DNA of 32,000 nucleotides from Candidatus Poriferisocius sp. (GCF_965219815.1 NZ_OZ244791.1:2446486-2478485), one strand, 5' to 3'. Shown: positions 1-9,436, counted from the stretch's first letter. Notes: generated from the letters alone by a model not told the origin. Program-made: numbers and translations.

Positions 1-306
1 TGCGGCCGCTCGGCGGCATGGTGCGAGGTGCATCACATCACCGAATGGTTCCGAGGCGGGCTCACCGACATCGACAACCTGGTGCTGGTGTGCACCGGCT
101 GCCACCACAGCATCCACGACGACGGCTGGGTTGTGCATCGAAACAAGAACGGCACCTACGAGTTGCGACCGCCACCCGAGCCTTGCGCCGATCTCCCACC
201 CTGGAAATCCAAGTCCAAATCGCCTCCCCACGAGTGTGACCTCTTCCCCGATGTGGGAGTCAGCAACCATCGGCCCTGCAACGTTGAGCCTGTGCTGCTG
301 AGCTGA
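1..306 (+). CDS. HNH endonuclease domain protein, C-terminal part (gene begins before window)
   Basis: Frame 1 reads CGRSAAWCEVHHITEWFRGGLTDIDNLVLVCTGCHHSIHDDGW, the typical HNH block of actinobacterial DUF222/HNH proteins. The reading frame is open to the window edge; stop at 304-306. Confidence 0.88.
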   Translation, partial: CGRSAAWCEVHHITEWFRGGLTDIDNLVLVCTGCHHSIHDDGWVVHRNKNGTYELRPPPEPCADLPPWKSKSKSPPHECDLFPDVGVSNHRPCNVEPVLLS

Positions 307-381
307 GCTCCAGCTGACATCAGAGCCTCGGGGCCCTCTCCGTAGCGGACCACGGCGAGCATCAATGCCTGTGCTGCTGAG

Positions 382-927
382 TTGACCTCAGAGCAGGTTG
401 TCGCTGGGTCGGGCCATACTGGGGAGGTGCCGGGGCGAGTTCGGGATTGGGAGGTGGCCGGGGGAGTGGTCTTGCGGGGGGAGCAGCTGCTGCTGGTGCG
501 GAACCGGCGCCGGAACGATTCAGTGGAGTGGAGCACACCCGGCGGGGTGGTCGATCCCGGAGAGACCCTGTTGGAGGCGCTGGGCCGGGAAGTGCTGGAA
601 GAGACCGGCATCCAGGTAAGTCTCTGGGAGGGGCCGCTGTATGAGATCACCGTGGATTTCACCGATCTGGGATGGCGCCTCCGAGTGGAAGCCCACCGGG
701 CGGTGGACTGGAACGGGGAGATCGTGCTGGAGGATCCCGACGGCATCGTGGAGCACGCTGATTTCTACGATCATGAAGAGTGCGAGGCCCACTTGGTGCA
801 GAGCCCTCGCTGGGTACGCGAGCCGCTGCTGGAGTGGTGTCGCCAGCGTCCCAGCCAAATGCTGAGCTATCGCTATCAGGTGACCGGCACCGAGATCGAC
901 GGCCTCACCGTGGCCCGTCTCTCGTAG
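382..927 (+). CDS. NUDIX hydrolase
   Basis: Nudix box GGVVDPGETLLEALGREVLEETGI matches GX5EX7REUXEEXGU. Confidence 0.92.
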   Translation: MTSEQVVAGSGHTGEVPGRVRDWEVAGGVVLRGEQLLLVRNRRRNDSVEWSTPGGVVDPGETLLEALGREVLEETGIQVSLWEGPLYEITVDFTDLGWRLRVEAHRAVDWNGEIVLEDPDGIVEHADFYDHEECEAHLVQSPRWVREPLLEWCRQRPSQMLSYRYQVTGTEIDGLTVARLS

Positions 928-939
928 TCCCACCTGGCA

Positions 940-2181
940 ATGGCGCAGAGCACTCAAAGCGGCGATACCCAATCGGGCACCATCCTGCACGTGGACATGG
1001 ATGCCTTCTTTGTGTCGGTAGAGATGCTGCGGCGTCCTGAGTTGCGGGGCTTGCCGGTGGCAGTAGGCGGTTCGGGGAGTCGGGGAGTGGTGGCGTCGGC
1101 CTCCTACGAGGCCCGATCGTATGGGGTCTCATCGGCCATGCCCGCAGGGCAGGCCCGCCGACTGTGCCCCGAGATCGTCTTCTTGCCCGGCGACCACCAG
1201 CTCTACCAGGAGGTGAGCGGGCGCATCATGGTCATCCTCCGGTCGTTCACTCCGCTGGTCGAGCCCTTGTCGCTTGACGAGGCCTTCCTGGATGTCGCCG
1301 GGGCCCATCGCCGCCCAGTCGAGATAGGCCATTTGATCCGAGGACAGGTCCGCGAGGAAGAGGGCATCAACTGCGCGGTGGGGGTGGCTGCGATCAAGTT
1401 CTTGGCCAAACTGGGCTCCAAGCTGGCCAAGCCCGAGCCCACCCGGTCGGGACCGTCGGAGGGTGTGGGCGTGTTCGAGGTGCCGGTGGGCGAGGAGCGG
1501 GCGTTCTTGGCCCCTCGCCCGGTGAGCGACATCTGGGGGGTGGGCCCGGCCACCTTGGCCCGCCTCAGCCGGATTGGGATCGCCACAATCGGGGAGTTGG
1601 CCCAGTTTCCCCTTGAGCGCCTTGAGCAGGTCGTCGGCAAGGCCCACGGCCAGCATCTGCACAGCTTGGCCAATGCGGTGGACCCCCGTCCGGTGATTCC
1701 CGAGACAGCACCCAAGTCGATGAGCCATGAGAAGACGTTTCCCCGCGACGTACACACCCACGACGCCCTTGGAGCGGAGTTGGTTGCCTTGAGCGATTCG
1801 GTGGCCTCCCGACTGCGGACGGCAAGGGTGGCGGGGCGGACGGTCACCATCAAAGTCCGCTTCGGGGACTTCACCACCATCACCCGGTCTCACACCCTGG
1901 CGAGTCCGGTTGACTCGGGGGTGGTGTTGGCCCGGGAGGCCAAGCGGCTGTTGGAGGAAGTGGATGTGGACCCAGGTGTTCGCCTCATAGGGGTAGGAGT
2001 GTCGGAGCTTGAAGACCCCGGTCAGCGCCAGCTTTCCCTGGAGGATGCCGGCGCTCCTTCATGGCACGACGTGGACCGGGCCGTTGACCGCATCAGAGAC
2101 CGCTTTGGAACCGAGGCGATTCACACCGGAGGAATCGCCGACGCCGGCCCTCGACAAACCGGCTGGACCCGGCTGGGTTGA
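940..2181 (+). CDS. dinB: DNA polymerase IV (Y-family, DinB)
   Basis: ILHVDMDAFFVSVE N-terminus, SLDEAFLDV catalytic motif, AVGVAAIKFLAKLGSKLAKP, helix-hairpin-helix VSDIWGVGPATLARL, and a C-terminal QLSL clamp-binding-like motif. Confidence 0.95.
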   Translation: MAQSTQSGDTQSGTILHVDMDAFFVSVEMLRRPELRGLPVAVGGSGSRGVVASASYEARSYGVSSAMPAGQARRLCPEIVFLPGDHQLYQEVSGRIMVILRSFTPLVEPLSLDEAFLDVAGAHRRPVEIGHLIRGQVREEEGINCAVGVAAIKFLAKLGSKLAKPEPTRSGPSEGVGVFEVPVGEERAFLAPRPVSDIWGVGPATLARLSRIGIATIGELAQFPLERLEQVVGKAHGQHLHSLANAVDPRPVIPETAPKSMSHEKTFPRDVHTHDALGAELVALSDSVASRLRTARVAGRTVTIKVRFGDFTTITRSHTLASPVDSGVVLAREAKRLLEEVDVDPGVRLIGVGVSELEDPGQRQLSLEDAGAPSWHDVDRAVDRIRDRFGTEAIHTGGIADAGPRQTGWTRLG

Positions 2182-2249
2182 GTCCGACAACCCCTTTGGC
2201 GCAGATAGCTGGCATTGTCTCAAGGGTCGGCCTGTGAGACACTTAGCAA

Positions 2250-2645
2250 GTGCCACTTTCCGAGGACGAGCAACGCATCCTCAGTGAAATAGAGGAACGG
2301 CTCTATGAAACCGACCCCGCACTGGCCCGCGAAGTCGGCCGGACCACGGTGTTCACCCATCCGGCCCGCAATCTCCGACTGGCGGTGCTGGGCTGCATAG
2401 CGGGGCTGGTGTTCATGATCGTGACCCTCTCAACCTCGTACTGGCTGTCTTTCCTTGGCTTCTTGGTCATGTTGGCGGCATCGCTGTGGGGGTGGAGCAA
2501 CCTGCGCCAGCTTGGGCGGTTCGGGCTGCAACAGATCAGTGACAGCATCAACCGTGGCGACGTGAGCAACTACTTGCGCTCACCGGGCCGTCGAATACTC
2601 AATCGACTGCGTCGCGGTGGCGCGGAGCAATCCGAGCGCGACTAG
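2250..2645 (+). CDS. DUF3040 family small membrane protein
   Basis: N-terminus (GTG start) PLSEDEQRILSEIEERLYETDPALARE matches the DUF3040 pattern, followed by two hydrophobic helices. Confidence 0.85.
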   Translation: MPLSEDEQRILSEIEERLYETDPALAREVGRTTVFTHPARNLRLAVLGCIAGLVFMIVTLSTSYWLSFLGFLVMLAASLWGWSNLRQLGRFGLQQISDSINRGDVSNYLRSPGRRILNRLRRGGAEQSERD

Positions 2646-2682
2646 CTCGGACAGACTGCCAGCAATCAAGCCCCAGCAAACA

Positions 2683-2702
2683 GGCCCCAGAAATCAGGGG
2701 CC
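2683..2702. terminator. Possible bidirectional terminator hairpin between convergent genes
   Basis: ggcccc-agaaatca-ggggcc, a perfect 6-bp GC stem, between the DUF3040 stop (2645) and the convergent transglutaminase stop (2723). No clear U-tract. Confidence 0.4.
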
Positions 2703-2722
2703 CAGCAAACAAGCCCCAGCTA

Positions 2723-5053
2723 TCAGGGTCCAATGGTCCAGCTGGGGCCGCGCCGTCCTCGCCATCGCGAGCCGAAGAGCGGCTGAGGGTTGAAGGCCGC
2801 GGCCAGCTTCTGCCCCCGGCTCACCCGGAAGTTCACCTCGGCCCGCACCGACAGCGACCACGTCCGGGCCAGCCACTGATTCCGATCGCTGGGCTCTGAG
2901 GGGGCGAACGTTGCGGCTGCGGCAAGTTCGCCCAGTTGTCGCAGGTCAGGGCTGTGAAGCGGGACTTGCTCAATGGCCCGACGGGCAAACTCGGCATAGG
3001 TCTCGTCCAATCGGGGCGTCATGTTGATGAGGGCCAGTGATTCCACCGTTTCCGTCCACAGCAGTCTGATCTTGCCCCGATTGCCAGTGATCTTGAGGAA
3101 TCGCCGCTGACTTTGGACCTGCTTGAACCAGGGGATGAGCAGAATGAGCAGCACGGCCAGCACCGGGGCCAATATCGCTATCCAAGTCATCCAGGTCATC
3201 CCTCCGCCTCGGTTGCTCCCGAAATCGACCAGGGGGTTGTCCAAGTCCGGGGATTCAGGGGGGAAAAGGCTCTCGAAGTCGGTGGGGTTGTCGGGAGCGA
3301 ACGGGGAATCGAGGTTCAGGTCATCCTCAACCGGAGCGATTTCCGAGGCGCCGATGGCCTGGTCCTCGGCTATTCCGGTGTAGTTCTGGGCACCGGGTGC
3401 GCCGCGGCCCGGTGTGGGTTCGAACGCTACCCATCCCGCACCGGCCAAATAAACCTCGGGCCAAGCATGGGCGTGCCTTCCGCTGACTACGTAGAGGTTC
3501 GGGTCGTCGGGGTCGGCTTCGCCCACCGTGAAGCCCACCGCCACTCGAGCCGGCAGGCCCACCGACCGGGCCATGGCGGCAAACGTCCCGGCAAACTGCT
3601 CGCAGTATCCCCGTCGGTTGCTCAAGAACTCCTCGATGCGGTTCTCGGAATGGCCGGGGGCCACATTGGCGTCATAGATGAAGTCCCCGTTGCGGAAGAA
3701 TGCCTGGAGGGCCAGCGCCTGCTCATAGCCCGAACCGGCTCCGGCAGTCAGCTGGGTAGCCAAGTCCTGCACCCGAGGACTGAAGTCGGAAGGCAGCGCG
3801 GTGTACGACTCCACTTCGGGAATCAAGGCGGTATCAAGTGGGATGGCTTTGAGCGCCTCGGGGTCGAATCGCGGCAACGCCGACGACACGGTGTAGGTGA
3901 GCCCGTTGGAACTGACCATCGATCGCCCCACGATGAGGGTGGAGGATGAGGGCTCGTAGCTGATATCGATTGTTTCGGATGCTCCGGATGTCAACGACCG
4001 GGGTTCGAAGGCTGCGGGGACCCACACCGCGCCCAGCTGCTCGATGCTGAAATGCTGGACCGACTCGAGCACGCTGGTGCCCGACTGGAAGAGCGTGGGC
4101 AGCTGCGTGGGTTGGGCGGCATAGTCGGCTCGGGAAGTCCACACCCGACCGTCGAATTGATCCAACGAGGTAAGGCGCCAATAAGACCGATCTTCAGCCC
4201 GCACCCGGAACATCACCGCATCGCCTTGGTTCACCAGTCGGCCCCTGATGTCGACCAGGGGGCTGATCACCACCCTTCCCGAAGTCCTCTGGCCCCGGTT
4301 GACGGCTTCGGTCAGATCGACGATCGGATCATCTTGGGTGCCCAGAACCGGGCCGGCGGCAAGGGCCCCAATCAGTGCGACGCCTGCGATTGCCGAGCTT
4401 CCGACCAATAGCGCCCGGCGCCCAGACGAAGCCCGCCCCTCGCCCCCCAACCACCGGGCATCGGCGGTTCGGGCCGCCACTCGGTGAATCGAGGCGAACA
4501 ACAGCAGGGCCCCGGTGAACACACCGATGGTCAAGACCCGGTGTTGGTCGCCGCCCACCAACCCCGCGAAGCCGGTGGCGGCGATGGGCAGCACCATTGG
4601 CTCGAACAGAGCCCGTGTTCTCATGGCGGCCCAGTCGTAGACAAAGGCCAGCAGCCACAACGCGGCCATAGCACTCACGGTGAAGCCGTCGCGCGGCGTC
4701 ACCGGGGGGCTGAGTTCGCCGAATACCGTCCAGGCCTGCTCCAGATCGTCGCCCAGCTCAGCCCAGGTGTTTCCCGCTGGAATGCCCCAGAAAACGGTGC
4801 TCCAGTAGTGGGACCATGTCACCGTCAGGACCAAACCGACGCCACTGGCCAGTGCGGAAACCAGCATTCCCCAACCTATGCGGCGGATGGCAATGGCCAG
4901 CAGATGGCTAATGGCTGCGGCAACGTATACCGGCAGAACCCAGCTATCTCCTTCAAACACCCGAATGAGGCTGAAGGCGGTGGCCGCGGTCAGGACCGGG
5001 CCGGTGGCCTCCAGGGCTGCTTCCCACGCGCCTGATATACGAGAGGTGATCAT
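2723..5053 (-). CDS. Transglutaminase-like membrane protein (TgpA/DUF3488-type)
   Basis: Multiple N-terminal TM helices. Transglutaminase core SNRRGYCEQFAGTFAAMARSVGLPARVAVGFT...SGRHAHAWPEVYLAGAGWVAFEPTPG with Cys/His/Asp triad. C-terminal TM and DUF4129-like tail. Confidence 0.92.
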   Translation of the reverse strand: MITSRISGAWEAALEATGPVLTAATAFSLIRVFEGDSWVLPVYVAAAISHLLAIAIRRIGWGMLVSALASGVGLVLTVTWSHYWSTVFWGIPAGNTWAELGDDLEQAWTVFGELSPPVTPRDGFTVSAMAALWLLAFVYDWAAMRTRALFEPMVLPIAATGFAGLVGGDQHRVLTIGVFTGALLLFASIHRVAARTADARWLGGEGRASSGRRALLVGSSAIAGVALIGALAAGPVLGTQDDPIVDLTEAVNRGQRTSGRVVISPLVDIRGRLVNQGDAVMFRVRAEDRSYWRLTSLDQFDGRVWTSRADYAAQPTQLPTLFQSGTSVLESVQHFSIEQLGAVWVPAAFEPRSLTSGASETIDISYEPSSSTLIVGRSMVSSNGLTYTVSSALPRFDPEALKAIPLDTALIPEVESYTALPSDFSPRVQDLATQLTAGAGSGYEQALALQAFFRNGDFIYDANVAPGHSENRIEEFLSNRRGYCEQFAGTFAAMARSVGLPARVAVGFTVGEADPDDPNLYVVSGRHAHAWPEVYLAGAGWVAFEPTPGRGAPGAQNYTGIAEDQAIGASEIAPVEDDLNLDSPFAPDNPTDFESLFPPESPDLDNPLVDFGSNRGGGMTWMTWIAILAPVLAVLLILLIPWFKQVQSQRRFLKITGNRGKIRLLWTETVESLALINMTPRLDETYAEFARRAIEQVPLHSPDLRQLGELAAAATFAPSEPSDRNQWLARTWSLSVRAEVNFRVSRGQKLAAAFNPQPLFGSRWRGRRGPSWTIGP

Positions 5054-6309
5054 GGTCGGTGATCGAAGGCAGTAGATGCAGCCGGGAAGGGCGGTGTCGA
5101 AAACTCCTCATGGGAGGCCGTATGCGTTGCCCATGCTTCGGCAAATCCCGAGGGTTCATCCACAGGCAGCAAGGCCGTCCCCGGGACGAAAGTAGGGGGC
5201 AAGCGCCCCGCTTGCGCCTGCTCAGCAGCGGTGAACAGCACCACCGTCTTGGAGGTGAACTGCGAGCCCAGCGGCGTCAGCGATCCGGCCTCGGTGCCGT
5301 CCGCTTCAGCGACAACGGCCACCACCAGCCCGCCGCCGTGCTCTCGTCCCAGCCGCTCAACCGCACCGATCAAACTGCCGACGTCGGGGCTGACGAGGGC
5401 CAAGTGCTCGTAGATCTTGTGAAGGTGAGCCGAATCACACCCAAATCCGCTGTCGTAGTCAGCGGTCGTGGTCAGACGGGTTTGGTCTCCCCGGCGCAGG
5501 CTGGCCCGACAGATGCTGGCCGCGGCCGACACCATGGCCTCGAAACGCTCAAAGCCGGCCTCAGCGTCTAACTCCGCGCTCCGAGTATCCAGCAAGACGG
5601 TGGTGTGAGTGTGGGAGAACTCCTCGAACTGGCGGACGATCAGCTCGTCGTGATGGGCGGACGACCGCCAGTGAATATGCCGCGGGTCGTCTCCCCTCTG
5701 GAACGGGCGCAATCCGTACAGCTCGTCGCCGCTTTGGGCCATGGGGCTGCGCCGAACGGCGTCGAAGGTGTTTCCGGGCAGGCGGGGGGGAGGCTTGATC
5801 GGGACCACTGCCGGGTAGACCAGCGCTTCGGCTTTGCTCCCGACCAGGAAATGCCGGGCTGCCATGCTCAGAGGATCGGCCACTGTCAGGGTGAGCGGCC
5901 CGGTAATGGCCCGACCTCTCTCTTCGGTAGGCAATCGGTAGCTCACCGTCAACCTGTCGCCCGACGACACCGGAGCCACCAGCAGGTCTGGTGACCGGAA
6001 ATCGCTCATCGAGTTCTTGGTGGAAAACGAGATTTCGTCGGCCAGTCGCAGCACCGGGGTGCGGAAGCGGCTGGGGTTGGCCAGCTCCAACTGCACATGG
6101 CACTCGCTGCCCACGTGTATTTGCTGCGGTTTGAGCGACCGGGACATCGCCCGCAAAGGAGGGCAGACCTTGACGTAGGCCAACGCGAGGACAGCCACCG
6201 CGGTGCCGGCGACGCCTACGGCCAGCAACTCGCTGGAGCCGAACACCCAGCCTGCGGCTATCAGCAGCGCCGACCCGATCAGCAGCAGCCAGCCGGAAGG
6301 GGTGAGCAT
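5050..6309 (-). CDS. DUF58 domain-containing protein
   Basis: GDELYGLRPFQRGDDPRHIHWRSSAHHDELIVRQFE is the DUF58 signature. Overlaps the transglutaminase gene by 4 nt and follows a moxR gene. Confidence 0.93.
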   Translation of the reverse strand: MLTPSGWLLLIGSALLIAAGWVFGSSELLAVGVAGTAVAVLALAYVKVCPPLRAMSRSLKPQQIHVGSECHVQLELANPSRFRTPVLRLADEISFSTKNSMSDFRSPDLLVAPVSSGDRLTVSYRLPTEERGRAITGPLTLTVADPLSMAARHFLVGSKAEALVYPAVVPIKPPPRLPGNTFDAVRRSPMAQSGDELYGLRPFQRGDDPRHIHWRSSAHHDELIVRQFEEFSHTHTTVLLDTRSAELDAEAGFERFEAMVSAAASICRASLRRGDQTRLTTTADYDSGFGCDSAHLHKIYEHLALVSPDVGSLIGAVERLGREHGGGLVVAVVAEADGTEAGSLTPLGSQFTSKTVVLFTAAEQAQAGRLPPTFVPGTALLPVDEPSGFAEAWATHTASHEEFSTPPFPAASTAFDHRP

Positions 6310-6322
6310 GGTGGGACTAGTT

Positions 6323-7282
6323 CTAGTCGACGGGGGCCGGAACCGAGCTCATGATGTCTTCGACGATGCGAGTGGCTGGAGTGCCTCGAGCCCGAGCCTG
6401 GGGATCCAACAGCAGCCTATGGGCCAATACGGGTACAGCCAGATGCTTCACGTCGTCGGGAAGCACGTAGTCCCGCCCCTGAGCAGCGGCCCGAACCCGG
6501 CTCGCCCGCTGAAGTGCGAGGGTTGCCCGGGTAGACATCCCCAAGATGAGGCTGGGGTGGTCTCTAGTGGCGTTGGCGATCTGCACCAGATAGCGCTTGA
6601 TCCCCGGAGCCATGAACACCTTGCTGGCGTGGTCGGCCAGCATGCTCACCGTCTGCGAATCCACCACCGGGCGAAGGGTGTCCAAAGGGTTGTCAGTGCC
6701 ATGGGCGTCGAGAATCTCAAGCTCGTCCTGCTTCGAGGGGTAGCCCACCTCGATTCGCATCAAGAACCGGTCAAGCTGGCTTTCCGGCAGCGGATAGGTG
6801 CCCTCGTGCTCAAGGGGATTCTGGGTGGCGATCACCATGAACGGCCGGGGGAGGCTGTGGGTGGTGCCGTCCACCGTGACCTGTCGCTCGGCCATGGATT
6901 CCAACAAGGCCGACTGGGTCTTGGGCGAGGCGCGGTTGATCTCGTCGGCCACCACGATCCCGGAGAACACCGGTCCGGGCTGGAAGTCCAGCGAATTGGC
7001 CGCTCGGTTCCAGATCGTGGCCCCCACCACATCGGAGGGGAGCAGGTCGGGGGTGAATTGGATGCGGCCGAACTCAGCCTGCACGGTGATGGCCAGAGCC
7101 TTGGCCAGGCTCGTCTTGCCCACACCGGGGGCGTCTTCGATGAGCAGATGCCCCTCGGCCAGCAGGCAGGTAACGGCCAAGTCCAGCACATCGGGCTTGC
7201 CCATGATGGCCTTGCCGATATTGGAGACGATGGATTGGAACTGCTCGGCGAACAGCGGTTCCCCCGTTTCTCTCATCGCCAT
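6323..7282 (-). CDS. MoxR family AAA+ ATPase
   Basis: Walker A EDAPGVGKTSLAKALA, RIQFTPDLLPSDVVG, Walker B GIVVADEINRASPKTQSALLESMAERQVTVDG, sensor VIATQNPLEHEGTYPLPESQLDRF. Start moved to internal ATG (MAMRETGEPLF). Confidence 0.94.
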   Translation of the reverse strand: MAMRETGEPLFAEQFQSIVSNIGKAIMGKPDVLDLAVTCLLAEGHLLIEDAPGVGKTSLAKALAITVQAEFGRIQFTPDLLPSDVVGATIWNRAANSLDFQPGPVFSGIVVADEINRASPKTQSALLESMAERQVTVDGTTHSLPRPFMVIATQNPLEHEGTYPLPESQLDRFLMRIEVGYPSKQDELEILDAHGTDNPLDTLRPVVDSQTVSMLADHASKVFMAPGIKRYLVQIANATRDHPSLILGMSTRATLALQRASRVRAAAQGRDYVLPDDVKHLAVPVLAHRLLLDPQARARGTPATRIVEDIMSSVPAPVD

Positions 7283-7295
7283 ACCGCTGAGTCTC

Positions 7296-8057
7296 TCAGG
7301 TGCCGTGGAGTCGGGGCCAACGGGTCGGCATGTCCACAAGCATCTCATTGGCGCTGGGACCGTGATCGCGCAGCGTTCCCCGGCGCCGAAAGGCCACGTG
7401 ATAGCGCTCGGGCTGTGATGTCCAGCAGACGTTTGGGATCAGCCCGGAGACGATGGCGTCGTCACAGTCCTCCAGTTCCACCCGGCGGGCGCCCGACAGC
7501 CATACGGTGCGCTGGAGCACCCAGGCGGCCTCGGCGGCCTCGGGATCCAACACCTCCTCGCACCAGCGGACGAACCCGCCCTTGAGCTGACGACCGCCGA
7601 ACGGCTCAGGTGATTCGATCTCCAGGGTCGCGGCCATCCGCCAGCGGCAGACCTCGATCCCGTCCCGCTCGATCCAGGCCTCGAACGGGGGCTGGTCCCA
7701 GTCGGGCACGGTGGCGTCGTATTGGCGGGTGCCGACTCGCCCCCGGGCAGCGTGGAGCACCCCGAGAACGGCAGCGTCATAGAGGTGAGTGCATTGCTGG
7801 CGGACGTCGGTCCAGGCGAACACCTCCGACGCGGTGGTGGTCAGCGGGCAGCCCACCAGGGCCTGGAGCTGGTCGAGTGCGCCGGAGCACGGTTCCCAGG
7901 GCATCCTGGGCCCGGCGGCGGACGCATTGGTGATATGGCGGCCGTCATGGGTGAGCGCTGCCTCGTAGTGGTGCATGTCGTCCTCAAGGCCGACCACCAC
8001 CGTTTGTGGGTCGGGGGCGATCATCCGCAGCCGTCGGCGGAAGGCACCGCTGCCATG
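7296..8057 (-). CDS. DUF2889-like protein (start approximate)
   Basis: HGSGAFRRRLRMIAPDPQTVVVGLEDDMHHYEAALTHDGRHITNASAAGPRMPWEPCSGALDQLQALVG resembles DUF2889 architecture. The annotated ORF extends to 8117, but the upstream residues look non-native. Confidence 0.6.
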   Translation of the reverse strand, partial: HGSGAFRRRLRMIAPDPQTVVVGLEDDMHHYEAALTHDGRHITNASAAGPRMPWEPCSGALDQLQALVGCPLTTTASEVFAWTDVRQQCTHLYDAAVLGVLHAARGRVGTRQYDATVPDWDQPPFEAWIERDGIEVCRWRMAATLEIESPEPFGGRQLKGGFVRWCEEVLDPEAAEAAWVLQRTVWLSGARRVELEDCDDAIVSGLIPNVCWTSQPERYHVAFRRRGTLRDHGPSANEMLVDMPTRWPRLHGT

Positions 8058-8125
8058 GCGATTGCGGACCAGCGCAGGCTGTCGTTCATCCTGGGGCACT
8101 GGCCGATGTTGGCACACCGACCGGG

Positions 8126-8182
8126 GACGACCAGATTCATCATTGGGGGAAGTAGCAGAGAGGAGACGACCAGATTCATCAT
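8126..8182. promoter_or_regulatory. Pair of 18-bp direct repeats (gacgaccagattcatcat), candidate operator
   Basis: Exact copies at 8126-8143 and 8165-8182, start-to-start distance 39 bp, in the gap between divergent DUF2889 and MFS genes. Confidence 0.5.
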
Positions 8183-8206
8183 CTGGCCAACTACTGTCGG
8201 CTAACC

Positions 8207-9436
8207 GTGTCTGTCCCGTCTTCTCCGCTTCGCGCCCTGTCTCATCGGGAATTCCGGCTGTTCTTCATCGGCGTGTCCATTGCCACCACCGGGCAGTTCA
8301 TGCAGTCGCTGGCGGTGCCCTTCTACATGAACCAGCTGACCGACTCGAATTGGTGGGTGGGCAGCTCGGCGTTCGCGGTGCTGATCCCGTCGCTGTTCAT
8401 GACCCCGGTGGCCGGTATCTGGAGCGACCGGATGAGCCGTAAGGCCCTCTTGTTCGGATCATTCTTCACCCAACTAGCCTGCTCGGCGGTATTCTTGGCA
8501 CTGTTCACCGCCGACCTCCTCACCCCGTGGCTGATGATCGGCATCCAGGTGGTGGTGGGGGTGGCATCGGGGTTCCAGTGGGCCCCCACCCAGGCAATGA
8601 CCGTGCTGTTGGTGCCGCCCGAAGATCTCTTGTCGGCGGTGCGCTTCGTGTCGCTGTCGTTCACCGCCGGGCGTGCGCTAGGCCCGGCGCTGGCCGGGCT
8701 CACTTTGCTCAATTGGGGTCCGGGACCGGCGTTCGCGGTGACCATTGTGGGCTTCGGCTTGGGTTTGGCCTTGATGGCTCCGATGAGGCTTCGGGCCACG
8801 GAACCGATTGAGCAAGAGCCGTTCTGGTTGCAGTTCCGCCACGGTTTGGATTACGTCAGGCGCCGTCCTGCCATGCGCCTGGTGATGTTCACCTCGTTCG
8901 TCGTGGCCAGTGTCGGAGCGGTCTTCGCGTTCGCCCTGGTGGAGAGCGTGGCTGACGATGTGTTCGCTCTCAGTGATGGCGGGCTGGGCTGGCTCACTGC
9001 GACGTTCGGTTTCGGGTCGATGCTGGCCGCGCTGTACGTGACCAGGTACGGCGATCGCCACGCCCGATCCCGGGTCGAGATGACAGCAGTGGGGGTGTAT
9101 GCCGTCGGGGTGTTGGTTACCGGGGCGACTTCTTGGCTGGTTATCGGCCTGTTGGGGTACTTGATCTTCGGAGCGGGCCATATGGCCCATGGCGTGACCA
9201 TGAACAGCGCCCTGCAAGTGCAGGTGGACGAGCAGTTTCGAGGCCGGGTCATGTCGGTGTGGCTGATGTCGGTGCTTTCCGGGCTGCCTATCGGCGCGTT
9301 CCTCGGGGGATTCTTGGGCGACCTGGTGTCCATGCGGTTCGTGGTGCTGGTGTACGGGGGATTGCTGGCTGTCTTTTGGGCGATCACGGTCATCCGGTCC
9401 CGCGGTTTCGCCGGCCTCGATCTCGGCTCCGGCTGA
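8207..9436 (+). CDS. MFS transporter (EntS/MFS_3-like exporter)
   Basis: About 12 hydrophobic segments. LSHREFRLFFIGVSIATTGQFMQSLAVPFYMNQLT...TPVAGIWSDRMSRKALL...QWAPTQAMTVLLVPPEDLLSAVRFVSLSFTAGRALGPALAG. Confidence 0.92.
   Translation: MSVPSSPLRALSHREFRLFFIGVSIATTGQFMQSLAVPFYMNQLTDSNWWVGSSAFAVLIPSLFMTPVAGIWSDRMSRKALLFGSFFTQLACSAVFLALFTADLLTPWLMIGIQVVVGVASGFQWAPTQAMTVLLVPPEDLLSAVRFVSLSFTAGRALGPALAGLTLLNWGPGPAFAVTIVGFGLGLALMAPMRLRATEPIEQEPFWLQFRHGLDYVRRRPAMRLVMFTSFVVASVGAVFAFALVESVADDVFALSDGGLGWLTATFGFGSMLAALYVTRYGDRHARSRVEMTAVGVYAVGVLVTGATSWLVIGLLGYLIFGAGHMAHGVTMNSALQVQVDEQFRGRVMSVWLMSVLSGLPIGAFLGGFLGDLVSMRFVVLVYGGLLAVFWAITVIRSRGFAGLDLGSG

Noticed and set aside
6203-7585. 460-aa plus-strand ORF
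   Set aside because: Antisense to MoxR; sequence reads as a complement-frame artefact.
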